DNA from: a virus
Taxonomy: Duplodnaviria; Caudoviricetes
DNA: 60,141 nucleotides
Virus record (IMG/VR): IMGVR_UViG_3300043579_000337
Span: 1 to 60,141 of that record
Direction: 5' to 3' (one strand)
Under the pieces are notes generated by a model. The model searched no databases. It saw only the letters and a program-made list of their open reading frames with translations, and had not been told where the DNA came from. The translations under genes and the position numbers were made by a program. This document shows positions 27,801 through 35,367 of the stretch, piece by piece (within the stretch, counting starts at the first letter, position 1; the number at the start of each line of letters is the position of its first letter).

Positions 27801-28596
27801 TCGGCACGGCGCCGCTGGCCAGTTGAAAACCTTTGCCGAAAGCGTAGAACGAAAACGGGTCACCTGCCGCGAGCGCCGAAGTTTCTTCTGGCCGCACCGG
27901 TTTGCCAGCCGCAGCCAATTCAGAAATTACTTCCCCACCGACCGGCTGTAAAAATCCACCTTGTCCACGCGCGATATCCTCTTGAGTCTCACCGGACCCG
28001 ACTGCTTTCCACAGGTCGGAAATTTTCTCTTGCGGAGTTTTTGCTTCAAGGGGTTTCGCAATCCCGACTGCGCGAGCGCCCTTTTGAATAGCGCGTTCTC
28101 CCATCTCCGCCAAACCAAATAATGCCTGCTCCGAGCCCGCGATATTTTCTGCAATCCGTCGTTGTGCTTGCTGCTCAAGTTCGCGCGCGATACCCTCTCG
28201 GCCGGTGATATCCGCGCCGATACCCATTGCGGTTTCGACTGCGGCCGCGCCGTAATTATACCCCTGTTTTAAAAATCCTTTTGCAACATCGACTGCCATC
28301 CCCACGGCTTTTTTTGGGCTCGGCAGGTCTGCTAATGAAAACCCACGCTGCTTGATAAGGTTGTGCGCATCGGCCACCTTCTGGACAATCGCAGGGTCTT
28401 TCCAAAGATTTTTTTGTTGTCGAAACGCCGAAACAATCTCAAAGTTTTCCGAATCGGCGGCCGCCAAATCGGCTATTTCTGGAGCCGACAAATCGCGCAG
28501 AGGATTTAGAGGCGCCGGACCAAATTGACGCTCGTAGGCGATTTTCTCTTCGGCCGTCGGCTCGATAGCCGGTAAATTTTCTAGCTCCGTCGCCAT
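21838..28596 (-). CDS. giant modular internal virion/ejection protein (polyvalent-type), ~2250 aa
   Basis: Last of the ejection-gene block. Ala/Gly-rich membrane-like segment, HESFH zincin motif, VHDFFGH module, C-terminal WY...LAATSP...GPKV..F...TID.W...ELQAAVW module. Start set at MATELE, overlapping the GIY-YIG stop. Confidence 0.85.
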   Translation of the reverse strand: MATELENLPAIEPTAEEKIAYERQFGPAPLNPLRDLSAPEIADLAAADSENFEIVSAFRQQKNLWKDPAIVQKVADAHNLIKQRGFSLADLPSPKKAVGMAVDVAKGFLKQGYNYGAAAVETAMGIGADITGREGIARELEQQAQRRIAENIAGSEQALFGLAEMGERAIQKGARAVGIAKPLEAKTPQEKISDLWKAVGSGETQEDIARGQGGFLQPVGGEVISELAAAGKPVRPEETSALAAGDPFSFYAFGKGFQLASGAVPTVARTAAAQVGQRVAAGAEKAAGVATQAAGKLTELGGQALQVAGKSAPIASAVGAAVSGAPISALAIMGGGTAAGRTAQVVGKGVQRAGQTIQEVGRQVSGKPIVSATAQGIKDVAGALPGAVGEIVSGTAADLGLAAVSSETPQQTEGAVGIGTVLGGVGAAKRVAGRVLSGQLIAPREYGIDTPVTSSGNFPSLDAMHSAAYSAAPPGVRARLNAVRQFASGANVNTDVFLAPDGPTLERVLIDSGVDANTAKQFSQQEGFFTTSLPDRAGNPRRVIVARNVEATPHESFHAFQDVLGESANRELDTLIRQEYGNRWDAEGNRYAQRLVGDLGNRAWEEVILDESGWGLDAAKEKIYSDIYNRLEAETGAAPTEAQVRDLADPELVRVFNEAQSRNPNANPNQFWREILSPAEAKAEADRYIARELAAENFDAVFKQQGAGLTPGTSIPQRLARVVGNFVSALGGEPLAGRRTEIGQIEPRFAVTERVSELARGKQQPVVQPRAATPPATPAAPKGRIPVTPEGRQQVADEARTLAESAPEEPIPGGTRSPRELLGQIAEAIAQQAGVRINYLSAPGEPAAATTSNRTARREIIEAFRTMPQAARSLWEKSFFPERVIKTKSGYQVMGWAPEVFAANAHKLARALSEIPGGENLTPYQLDAANKTFSEAGWRQLFDDTQTFVRNQMAGQTGAGEPLVVPAGVTERGFFAPPSTPARASALAQPNADVVNMLFNFKLPESPRITSGKLPLNIAGQEISIATARGPQRLSVPVEPKPQFAGKQAAELGIEGRSILEVNPARAAIESAAKQAGVELPSFIEAIQKLNLENIKEVELAPELPQFRGNTLTLTAGFQPSANPRAVKAAAVRDEQTGRIFEGSWHGDARDKAVDALGLDLVTRNEALAESRFEDGFTTNTGEFLNRERAFQRAEELNQISSEDAQKLAKLSREHTSHPGFGIDRPQLESLDFDAVRQFQPVAETARRLIEMPPEEWLNTVRNYKGKLGAGLTGWAWDLGAQAKSMEDVQALRHTTEVLREASKSGDLDQRLELIGRAQAAREAYEAATGRNLENTNDGSAVPGIRKMVDPNYNPPVPLGTPATRESMVAKFQAQPTAAKVSADEGIRELATKYAKSAGVEYAPTGETIPVNESLAKRLADIYEAAQHAPSDPNVAQSYTALGGETLAQYRAIADAGYNIEPWTGAGEPYKSSAEMVADVRNNKHLYFLPTEGAFDDAGGNLMLRDSGISIGDRKLSVNDVFRAVHDFFGHAKEGHQFGPRGELNAWVSHSEMFSPAAQGALAAETLAQNSWVNYGAHLRNSEGSIPSRGEPGYLGPTERPFAEQKNIIIPDELIQEARGRAQFQPEGEPEWTLRTPKGGGFFSKAWILPTGEPVQLGSKWHHEWLNENADTYGISTGVTADADSRVQALQKGFARLNYARNGGQLTVEARAADWPKLRPAIQQFVETNLDRIDNLRVELFNDDVSAVADSESVKFHTMNSDTERLSSIPFMETAPAGGVAGGQVTGISQARARQFQPAAEEQPEFAGFPESTKKAFLTTSQLGNMSRAELQEHFPEAIVPRKRDEEIPSDIRNAPLIKNVDNPEQVYSDALVEFAREKENTPEYQMGRKWYSEFSEQLKSRFGTDARIFAELLAATSPQTSVESNFKFALDALEGFKSGRFKKHIAKFEQALKMIADEKWLSWYNRELNAGRIKNPPAKPTPAAFMARWIESHDIKPRQSNGKLFGINSIPVLQVAARRWLEQNKGPKVKNFVENLLGEGTEATIDLWADRTLRRLGYEGFAERWRIMPVNKRGVSDEDFAFAQSIFRNAAEQLGLKPSELQAAVWFAEKQLWNDNGWSRLDLGDFREELKKTDRLRAEIQARETPEKELISVEPRGRIQSVKSQSQPVKWEQVKWPYNSEAPYNTWEVWQAKLKRSRAPSRMVLIYPGISPDKGLSFVVKGEYSGFLPGITDIDTAKAELERRSDAGEIQ

Positions 28597-29252
28597 TGCC
28601 GTAACGCCGCCTCCCTGATTTTTTGTTTGGTTTCCTCCGAATGATGCTTCCCTTTCATCGGAGGGGGTTGTGTTTTCTTCCACTCCCGAATCTTTTCTTT
28701 GTGGGCATCGGACTTCGGTTTCCCGCGCGAGGCGAAACTTAATTTTTGTCGATGCTCTGGGGAAAATGAGCGCCCTCGCATTGAATTGGAAATACGATTT
28801 TTATGTTCTTCGGAAAGCACCTTACCAAAAGCATGATGCTTTTCTCCAGAGATGGCGAGCCGGATTTTGTTTTTCGTCTCTTCTGAACGCTTTAGCCCGA
28901 ACGCAGGATGTGCCGCCCCGGACTTATTAAACCACGGGTGTAACTCGCCAGCCCACAGATGGTCTCCTCCTAAAGTTCCGTTTACGAGTCGGTAGCCCTC
29001 GGATTTGAAAAATTCTATGTAGGCGACTTCCCAACTGGGCCATTCGACGTATGGGACTTCGTCCAATATATCCAGGTTGGGCCTTTTATTTTCTCGAAGA
29101 AGTTTTCGTAGCCAATTATTTTTTTTAGTCGGCGTTCGGTGGCAGTGCCACAAATGAGAGGTAAGGCGTTCTTCGGGACAATCCGATTTTCCCACGTATC
29201 TCACTTCGCCTGAATCGGGGTCTTTCAGAGCGTAAATGAAAGTGGTTTTCAT
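28581..29252 (-). CDS. GIY-YIG homing endonuclease with NUMOD3 repeats
   Basis: FIYALKDP...RYVGKS...RL..H; repeats of GxKxSEETKxKI. Confidence 0.9.
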   Translation of the reverse strand: MKTTFIYALKDPDSGEVRYVGKSDCPEERLTSHLWHCHRTPTKKNNWLRKLLRENKRPNLDILDEVPYVEWPSWEVAYIEFFKSEGYRLVNGTLGGDHLWAGELHPWFNKSGAAHPAFGLKRSEETKNKIRLAISGEKHHAFGKVLSEEHKNRISNSMRGRSFSPEHRQKLSFASRGKPKSDAHKEKIREWKKTQPPPMKGKHHSEETKQKIREAALRQWRRS

Positions 29253-30679
29253 TGAACTAGTCTGTAAACGCCGTTCGCATCGCGGACGATACGTCGGCCG
29301 GTGCTGGGCAAGCTCAGCACGCCGCCAGATGCACCAGGAGCGGCAGCAGCAGGCTGTTGTGCCGGTGTAATTGCCAAATCTTGAAAGCCCGAAACGTCGT
29401 AGCCAGCACGTTGCCAGCTATCGATTTTGTTGGCCAACGACCCACGGGTCTCGTTGAATAAATCTTGAATTTTTTGATTGCCGACGGCCGGGCTATCGCG
29501 CAGAGATGGAATCACGCCTTCGTATCGCGCGACGTCTTTATCACTCAGCACGCCGGTTTCGTTATAAGTTCCTTTCGCAATCGGTGCCAGAATCGCCGTT
29601 GCGTCGCGTTGGAAAGCCGCCACTTTAGTGTTCCACTCTTTCGACTTCGCCCAGGTCGCGAGACGCCCCTGTAGAAAACCGACGAGGTTCGGCTCGGATT
29701 GCACCAAGTCTTGATACCGGTCTTGCAACCGTTTGGCAATCGTGCCAGCTTGGCGGCTCATTGCAATATCCTTGACTCCTTCCGCGGGAACGAATTTATC
29801 CGGTGCATCCTTGGCTTTAGCCGGCCCGAGAAAAGTAGTGGCGCCGGGCAAAACTTCCGGAGTCGTTGTAGTAGTAGTTGACACTCGGGGCTCAACAACG
29901 GGTATCGTCGTTAGCACGGCTGCTTGTTCCGGGGCAATTCCAAATTGTTCAACTGCTTGCGCACGTTGCGCGGGAGTGATTTCAACCGCGGGTTGTGCAG
30001 CAGTCGCGGTAGCAGTAGTTCCAGGTGCAACCTGCGCAAATCCACTGACCGCTTGCGTCGCCAACGACTGTTCGAGTTGCGGCGTAATCAGTTCGCCGCC
30101 TTTGTTGAATTTGAAAAGTTGTGTTCCGTCCGGGGATTTTTCCCAATGCGCCGGCGTGAGGCGTTCTTTGGCTCGCTCACGAGTTTGCTTCCATTCGAAA
30201 AGTTGCAGCCCGAGCTGCGCACGTTTGCCGTAGTCCGGTTGCCCTTCCGCGGTTACAGGTGCCGCGACACCCGCTTCCGGTGCCAACGTTTTAAAATATT
30301 CGACTCCGGGACCGTATTTTTGAACGGCGGCTTGTTCTTCGAGTTGCGTTGCGGCGAGTTGCCCGGCCGGCGCAGCGAGAGGAGTTTGAGCGGCGGCGGT
30401 AGCAGACTGTAGCCCAGCTTGGGCAGCGGCGGCGTCGCGTTGCGCGGCACGCGCGGCGATGGCGGCTGGCGAAGTCTGTTCGCTCAACATCTGGATTTCC
30501 GCTTTTTCTTTTAGCTTACTTGATTCACTCGAACGTTTAATAATGTCGTCTGCGGTGATGTATCCAGAACGAAACGCCTCCGATAACTGCGACACTGCGC
30601 GAGGTTCCACTACCGCGCGACCGATTAAATCCGATGGGTTAATCGAACCGAGTCTATCTGTTGCGTCGCCGAGTGCCAT
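29249..30679 (-). CDS. internal virion (DNA ejection) protein
   Basis: 476 aa, Ala/Gln-rich; GVLSDKD..RY...IPS; position in the ejection block. Confidence 0.7.
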   Translation of the reverse strand: MALGDATDRLGSINPSDLIGRAVVEPRAVSQLSEAFRSGYITADDIIKRSSESSKLKEKAEIQMLSEQTSPAAIAARAAQRDAAAAQAGLQSATAAAQTPLAAPAGQLAATQLEEQAAVQKYGPGVEYFKTLAPEAGVAAPVTAEGQPDYGKRAQLGLQLFEWKQTRERAKERLTPAHWEKSPDGTQLFKFNKGGELITPQLEQSLATQAVSGFAQVAPGTTATATAAQPAVEITPAQRAQAVEQFGIAPEQAAVLTTIPVVEPRVSTTTTTTPEVLPGATTFLGPAKAKDAPDKFVPAEGVKDIAMSRQAGTIAKRLQDRYQDLVQSEPNLVGFLQGRLATWAKSKEWNTKVAAFQRDATAILAPIAKGTYNETGVLSDKDVARYEGVIPSLRDSPAVGNQKIQDLFNETRGSLANKIDSWQRAGYDVSGFQDLAITPAQQPAAAAPGASGGVLSLPSTGRRIVRDANGVYRLVQ

Positions 30680-31221
30680 TATTGGATTGCCTTTCGAAAT
30701 TGCTGCGCAGCGGGGACATTCGCTGGCGCACCTTCATATGGTTTCGGAGTTGAAAATGGAAACATTGAACCCCAATCCGGTGTCTGACCCGACTCTAGTT
30801 CAATTCCCACGTCCTTAAAATAGTCGAGCTTTTTCTTTAGCGCAACGGCTGTTTTTGTTAACCGGTCGACGGTTGCCTCGTCTTGTTCATTTTCTGGTAA
30901 CGCAAGAAGCCCCTTCAGTTCTCCATGCGCGGCTTGCAATTTTGTCAATGTTTTGTTGGCGTGTAATTGCAAATTAGCCAGTTGCGCTTCTTTAATCGAC
31001 ACATCGGGAATTTCTTTAGCGGCCGCGGCGGCGGCGCTGTCTCCAGTAAGCTTTTCTAACGGAGATTTAATTAATGAGGGTTTCGTCCCCGTAGCGCTTC
31101 GGGCCATTAGCTCTGCCGATTCACGCGCTTCTTTTTGACGCTGTGCTTTTGCGTCTTCGATTTGCTTTTTTCTCAACTTATCGAGCGCACCGACGGTTTC
31201 ACCATAACTATTGTCAGCCAT
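30679..31221 (-). CDS. hypothetical virion-associated protein
   Basis: 180 aa, helical; TAATG coupling. Confidence 0.65.
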   Translation of the reverse strand: MADNSYGETVGALDKLRKKQIEDAKAQRQKEARESAELMARSATGTKPSLIKSPLEKLTGDSAAAAAAKEIPDVSIKEAQLANLQLHANKTLTKLQAAHGELKGLLALPENEQDEATVDRLTKTAVALKKKLDYFKDVGIELESGQTPDWGSMFPFSTPKPYEGAPANVPAAQQFRKAIQ

Positions 31222-31222
31222 A

Positions 31223-31759
31223 TTAGTAAAGTCCTGGCGACAGCCAGCCGGAGTTTATGGGGGAAAAGGCGGGCGCGCTGAACTGCTGAGCGCGCAAGGC
31301 ATAAGTATTGTCCTGGAGTGCCGTGAGAGGGTCGCGATAGCTCAATGCCGTTGGCAACCCGGAAAGTGACCACGGCATAATAGCAGATTCACGTGCGCGC
31401 GAGGCTTGGATTTGTCCGGGAAGTTCGTTCCGAGCTTGAACGGCAGCATTTTGCATTTCGATTCGCTGAGTATTCGCCTGCGCTTGCTTTGCCAGTGCTT
31501 CGGCTAATGCCGGCGGCATGCTAGGGCTCGCTTGCGGAGAAAAAATCCGAGAAAGGATGTCGGCGTATGGCAGCATCTGACCGTTGAGGAAACCCGCGGG
31601 GTCGTCGAGAAAAGCCGGGCGACTCGAAGAACCGGTAGGAGCCGGGACAGACGAGCCGACTGGCGTCATCGTTTGGTTGCGAATTTGTCCACGCGCGGCC
31701 GCAGAGTTTTGAACGGAACCCCGAGTGACGGGAACGATTGTAGCTGCTGTCCAGGCCAT
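31223..31759 (-). CDS. hypothetical virion-associated protein
   Basis: 178 aa, Pro/Ala/Gln-rich. Confidence 0.6.
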   Translation of the reverse strand: MAWTAATIVPVTRGSVQNSAAARGQIRNQTMTPVGSSVPAPTGSSSRPAFLDDPAGFLNGQMLPYADILSRIFSPQASPSMPPALAEALAKQAQANTQRIEMQNAAVQARNELPGQIQASRARESAIMPWSLSGLPTALSYRDPLTALQDNTYALRAQQFSAPAFSPINSGWLSPGLY

Positions 31760-31763
31760 AAAA

Positions 31764-32723
31764 TTATGCAAATGCCAGGGCGCTGCTCACACTCGACGAA
31801 GACGGCGCCATCATTGAACTCCACACATCTCGTGTGCTTGGTAGCGCGCGAGTTCCGTAGCCAATTGCCGATTGGAGACCCGTCTGCCACGCGTTCGCTT
31901 GATTATAGGCCCCCGTCGCGCCGGCGTCCGCCGCCTGTTGTGCGAGTTGATTCGTCGCGCCGACTCGTGCAAGCCAAAGTTTTGCAATGTCGCCACCTCC
32001 GAGCCCAGCTTGGGGCACCAGAGCGTTCGATTGAGCCAATGCGCCCTGGGCGCCTTGCAAAGTGTTGAGCTGAACCGCACTGAGGTTTGGAAAAAGAGTT
32101 CCGAGAATCGATTGCCGCCGAGCCTCCAGATTCGACGCGGCGTCCGTTAGGGCGGCGGCTCGCTCCTGACGCTGTGCTTGGAGTTGAATTCCGGCCGAGC
32201 CGATGATTTGCCGCAGCAACTGCCCGGAAGTTCCGCGATTGCCCGTCGCCGAGCCGACTACTTCGCCAGACCGTTCCAGTCCAGCCTGGACCAATTCGGC
32301 CTGCACGTCCGGCGGCAGCGTTGCACCGAGTTGAAGTTCTTTGAGTGCGGCGTCAACGAGAGCGTTTTTCGCCTGTTCCATTCCGGGAGTCCCGGCGATG
32401 GCTTCGTCTGCGGCTACTTGGGCGACTTGTTCGGCTGCGCCTCCGCGTAGTCCGAGCACCCGTTGTAAAATTTCATCCTCGGCCGCGTATCGAGTCGACA
32501 ACGCAGCCGGGTCAGTAACGCCCTGCAGTGCGAGCTGCGATTGCGCGCGGTTAATATCGGCACGCAACGCTTCGCGATTTACGCGACTGGGCTCAAGCTC
32601 CGAGTAAACAAAATCCCGCTGCCGCTCCAGCGCGGCAATCTGCATTTCCGTCGCGTCGCGAATCGCCGCCGCGTTCATCGCCGCACCCGCAACTGACCCT
32701 ATCGCGCCAAAAATATCGGCCAT
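31764..32723 (-). CDS. DNA ejection/pilot protein
   Basis: N-terminal GAIGSVAGAAMNAAA..A...Q amphipathic helix typical of podovirus pilot proteins. Confidence 0.7.
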   Translation of the reverse strand: MADIFGAIGSVAGAAMNAAAIRDATEMQIAALERQRDFVYSELEPSRVNREALRADINRAQSQLALQGVTDPAALSTRYAAEDEILQRVLGLRGGAAEQVAQVAADEAIAGTPGMEQAKNALVDAALKELQLGATLPPDVQAELVQAGLERSGEVVGSATGNRGTSGQLLRQIIGSAGIQLQAQRQERAAALTDAASNLEARRQSILGTLFPNLSAVQLNTLQGAQGALAQSNALVPQAGLGGGDIAKLWLARVGATNQLAQQAADAGATGAYNQANAWQTGLQSAIGYGTRALPSTRDVWSSMMAPSSSSVSSALAFA

Positions 32724-32725
32724 TA

Positions 32726-33163
32726 TTACACCTTCGTAAAAATCACTTCAGTCATTTGGTATCCGAGTTTACGGTATACCTTCAAAAGTTTCTCCGGGCT
32801 CACGGCGGCATTCCACGCCGCTGCCGGCTTCGCCCCAAACTCTCGGGCGGCGTTTTCAAAAGCCGACAACACCTTAATCGGTGCTCCCGCGCTGCGCGCG
32901 CGGGGAGTGCTCAGCCAAAACATTAGCAGTGCCCGGGGATTCCCACTGAACAAATCGTGTGTAAACAGTGCACCGGCCACAGCGTCCCCCGATACCCAGG
33001 TTCGCGCAAAGCCCAGGTTCGTCCATTTCGTCCATTCGGGTAAAAAATGGTCCCAATTGAATTCCATTCCACCGTCACGAATCTCTGTAACTGCATGAGT
33101 GAAAATGGGGTCCAACAGAATCGAAAGCTCTTTCGAATTCAGTTCTGTGGCCGGATATTTCAC
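32726..33163 (-). CDS. GNAT-like acetyltransferase
   Basis: FWLSTPRARS...FENAARE.G...LLKVYRKLGY...E..F.K; usual position before podovirus ejection genes. Confidence 0.65.
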   Translation of the reverse strand: MKYPATELNSKELSILLDPIFTHAVTEIRDGGMEFNWDHFLPEWTKWTNLGFARTWVSGDAVAGALFTHDLFSGNPRALLMFWLSTPRARSAGAPIKVLSAFENAAREFGAKPAAAWNAAVSPEKLLKVYRKLGYQMTEVIFTKV

Positions 33164-33168
33164 TCATT

Positions 33169-33178
33169 AAAACAGTGC
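33169..33178 (-). promoter_or_regulatory. late-gene box GCACTGTTTT
   Basis: Fills the 15-nt intergenic gap; GCACTG ends 9 nt before GTG 33163. Confidence 0.7.
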
Positions 33179-34006
33179 CTATTCCTTGACCAGCAGCCAC
33201 AGTGCAATCGTGCCAGGATACCGGATATTCGGGGGTGTATTATCGATTGCCATGGTGCTATCTTCACCGAAAACTTCGAAAGCGGCACGCTCGGCGATGT
33301 TGGTGCCGACGGTCAGGTCGGTCTCGGGAGTCGCGCCTGGGTCTTTGGTCGCCATGCTGACGAGCCGTCCGCGGAGTTCCTGGTTGCCAGCACCGAAGAC
33401 CGCCCAACCGGGATTCGCCGTGAGGGCTTCCGTGAGGGTCTCGAACGCGACGAATTTCGTATCGCCCGGAACGCCGGAGATTGTCCGCCATGAATTACGT
33501 TCGAACCAGATAAGGGCAGTAATCGTGGTGTCATAGAACTGTTGGTATTCTTCTGGATTACTCGGCCGAGAGGCGGTTGGGCCACTCAACACAACGCCGA
33601 CGTAGGGCACCCACGATGCGCCGTTGAACACATACCAGGATATCGGATTGCCAACCGACGGGTCGGCCTCGGAGCGGTCCTTGGTTGTCTTTAGCCATAC
33701 CGGCGGGTCGGAAGTCGCGGGCGTGGAACTTCCGATGTGATACCACGTAGTCTCCGACTGCGAGATATCGAGCGGGACGTAGCGCTTCAGTTCTTCTGAC
33801 CAAACAAACCACTGCGTCCCGAATCGAAGCCAAGGACCGACGTTCGACGTCGGTTCGTTATCACCGATGAAAATGAAGTTGGTGCCGGTCGGCGAAACGA
33901 TTTTGAACCGCCGCACGATTTCTTTTCGCAGTTCGTCGGGTGTTCCGGAAAACGTCGGCGGAATCGGCGCCGAAACTATGATTAAATTAGTGTCTTGAAG
34001 TGCCAT
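33179..34006 (-). CDS. tail/fibre-associated structural protein
   Basis: G...P....PW/VW repeats typical of fibre shafts; PGDTKFV collar-like segment. Confidence 0.6.
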   Translation of the reverse strand: MALQDTNLIIVSAPIPPTFSGTPDELRKEIVRRFKIVSPTGTNFIFIGDNEPTSNVGPWLRFGTQWFVWSEELKRYVPLDISQSETTWYHIGSSTPATSDPPVWLKTTKDRSEADPSVGNPISWYVFNGASWVPYVGVVLSGPTASRPSNPEEYQQFYDTTITALIWFERNSWRTISGVPGDTKFVAFETLTEALTANPGWAVFGAGNQELRGRLVSMATKDPGATPETDLTVGTNIAERAAFEVFGEDSTMAIDNTPPNIRYPGTIALWLLVKE

Positions 34007-34011
34007 AAATT

Positions 34012-35367
34012 TTACGGATAAGTTCTTCCAGCCCCGCCATTCCACCAGTCGCCGGCTTCTACATCGTTCAATGCGGTATCAAAAATTCCGAGTTCATCGA
34101 CCCGAACATTCATTTGATTACCCGGTGACGAACCCGTCCCGAGCCCCACAAGCCCGCCGTTAGGTATGCCGGCTAGAAAACGCGTTCCCGCGCTTTCACT
34201 GACAGCGCCATTGTCAATCTGGAATCTAACTTTTCCCGTTGTAGCGTTATACTGGACCCGGAAAAAGTAAAAAGTCCCAATTACGGGCACAAACGGCACC
34301 GTAATAGTCGCGGTGTCGAACGAGACGATTAGATTTAGCGGGTCCGCAACCGTATCGTAAACCACGCTCAAACTCGCTGCGTCGCTGTCGGTAATCAAAA
34401 CATACCCCACACTAAACCTATTTGTGAATCCGCCGAAAACGAAGGTCGTAATTGTGTCGAATCTAACCCAAAACAAAATTTCCGCCCCGCTTGTGGTTGG
34501 GGCCAACGCGGGAATTAGTGTCGTTCCGTAATCGACGAGTTGATTATTATTTGAGTCGAATCGAAATGCGTCAACTATTTTCCCAACAACCCCCGGAGTT
34601 CCGGGAGTGCTACCGTTATCGGTCAGCGCATACGCTCCGACTTCATCGAGTGGTGTAACAGCCCCCCCGTCAAATTTCCAATACGCAATCGGGTCGGTCA
34701 TGCCGATGGACGTTACTTGAAGCTCAGAGGGGTCAGACACATCTTCGCATCCCGCGCTTCCAACGTGAAGGGTATAAAAACCAGAATCGGAAAGGGCTAG
34801 TGGCGCAATCGTAAGATTTTCCCGTGTCGTCGCAGTGGTATCCTGGTAAAACACGTTGTCTTTATACCAATGATAAAACTGCGCAAGACCCTCGTTCCCG
34901 ATAACGGTAGTTATATCCGCAGAATCAGACGCGGGCTTCGATTGAAATGCCGGAGAGGCACCTGAAATGATGAATGGGCAACCGCCGATGTTGCAAATAG
35001 GTTCGCTGAGTTCCGTTTCCCCGTTCAAGGTAATCGCCGAAACACGATAGCACCCCGGACCTTCCGGTTCCAAATTGATTGTGGGGTCTTCGATACACTC
35101 GGCGACGACCACATATTCCCCGAACGGATTGTTGGAGTCGACGGCTTTATACACCGTATAGCACAGTGCTCCGGGATACGCATTCCAGGAAAGCTGAAAC
35201 CGGCCGCTCCCACCAATCACAAACCCCGACGGCGCAAGCAGCCGGCCCAGGGCATCGAGCACAATTACTGGCCCGCCCGAAGACGAGAAGTCGAAATCAC
35301 AAACCGGCGGCGAGATGTATTCCAGCCTCGGCCGGCGCAGATATAGCACTTCCAGGACGGAATTCAT
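34012..35367 (-). CDS. tail protein with Ig-like and LamG/ConA-like domains
   Basis: YHWYKD...LTI...SDSGFYTL (Ig); AYWKFD...GKI..A..F...VDELGIFDTAL (LamG). Confidence 0.75.
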   Translation of the reverse strand: MNSVLEVLYLRRPRLEYISPPVCDFDFSSSGGPVIVLDALGRLLAPSGFVIGGSGRFQLSWNAYPGALCYTVYKAVDSNNPFGEYVVVAECIEDPTINLEPEGPGCYRVSAITLNGETELSEPICNIGGCPFIISGASPAFQSKPASDSADITTVIGNEGLAQFYHWYKDNVFYQDTTATTRENLTIAPLALSDSGFYTLHVGSAGCEDVSDPSELQVTSIGMTDPIAYWKFDGGAVTPLDEVGAYALTDNGSTPGTPGVVGKIVDAFRFDSNNNQLVDYGTTLIPALAPTTSGAEILFWVRFDTITTFVFGGFTNRFSVGYVLITDSDAASLSVVYDTVADPLNLIVSFDTATITVPFVPVIGTFYFFRVQYNATTGKVRFQIDNGAVSESAGTRFLAGIPNGGLVGLGTGSSPGNQMNVRVDELGIFDTALNDVEAGDWWNGGAGRTYP

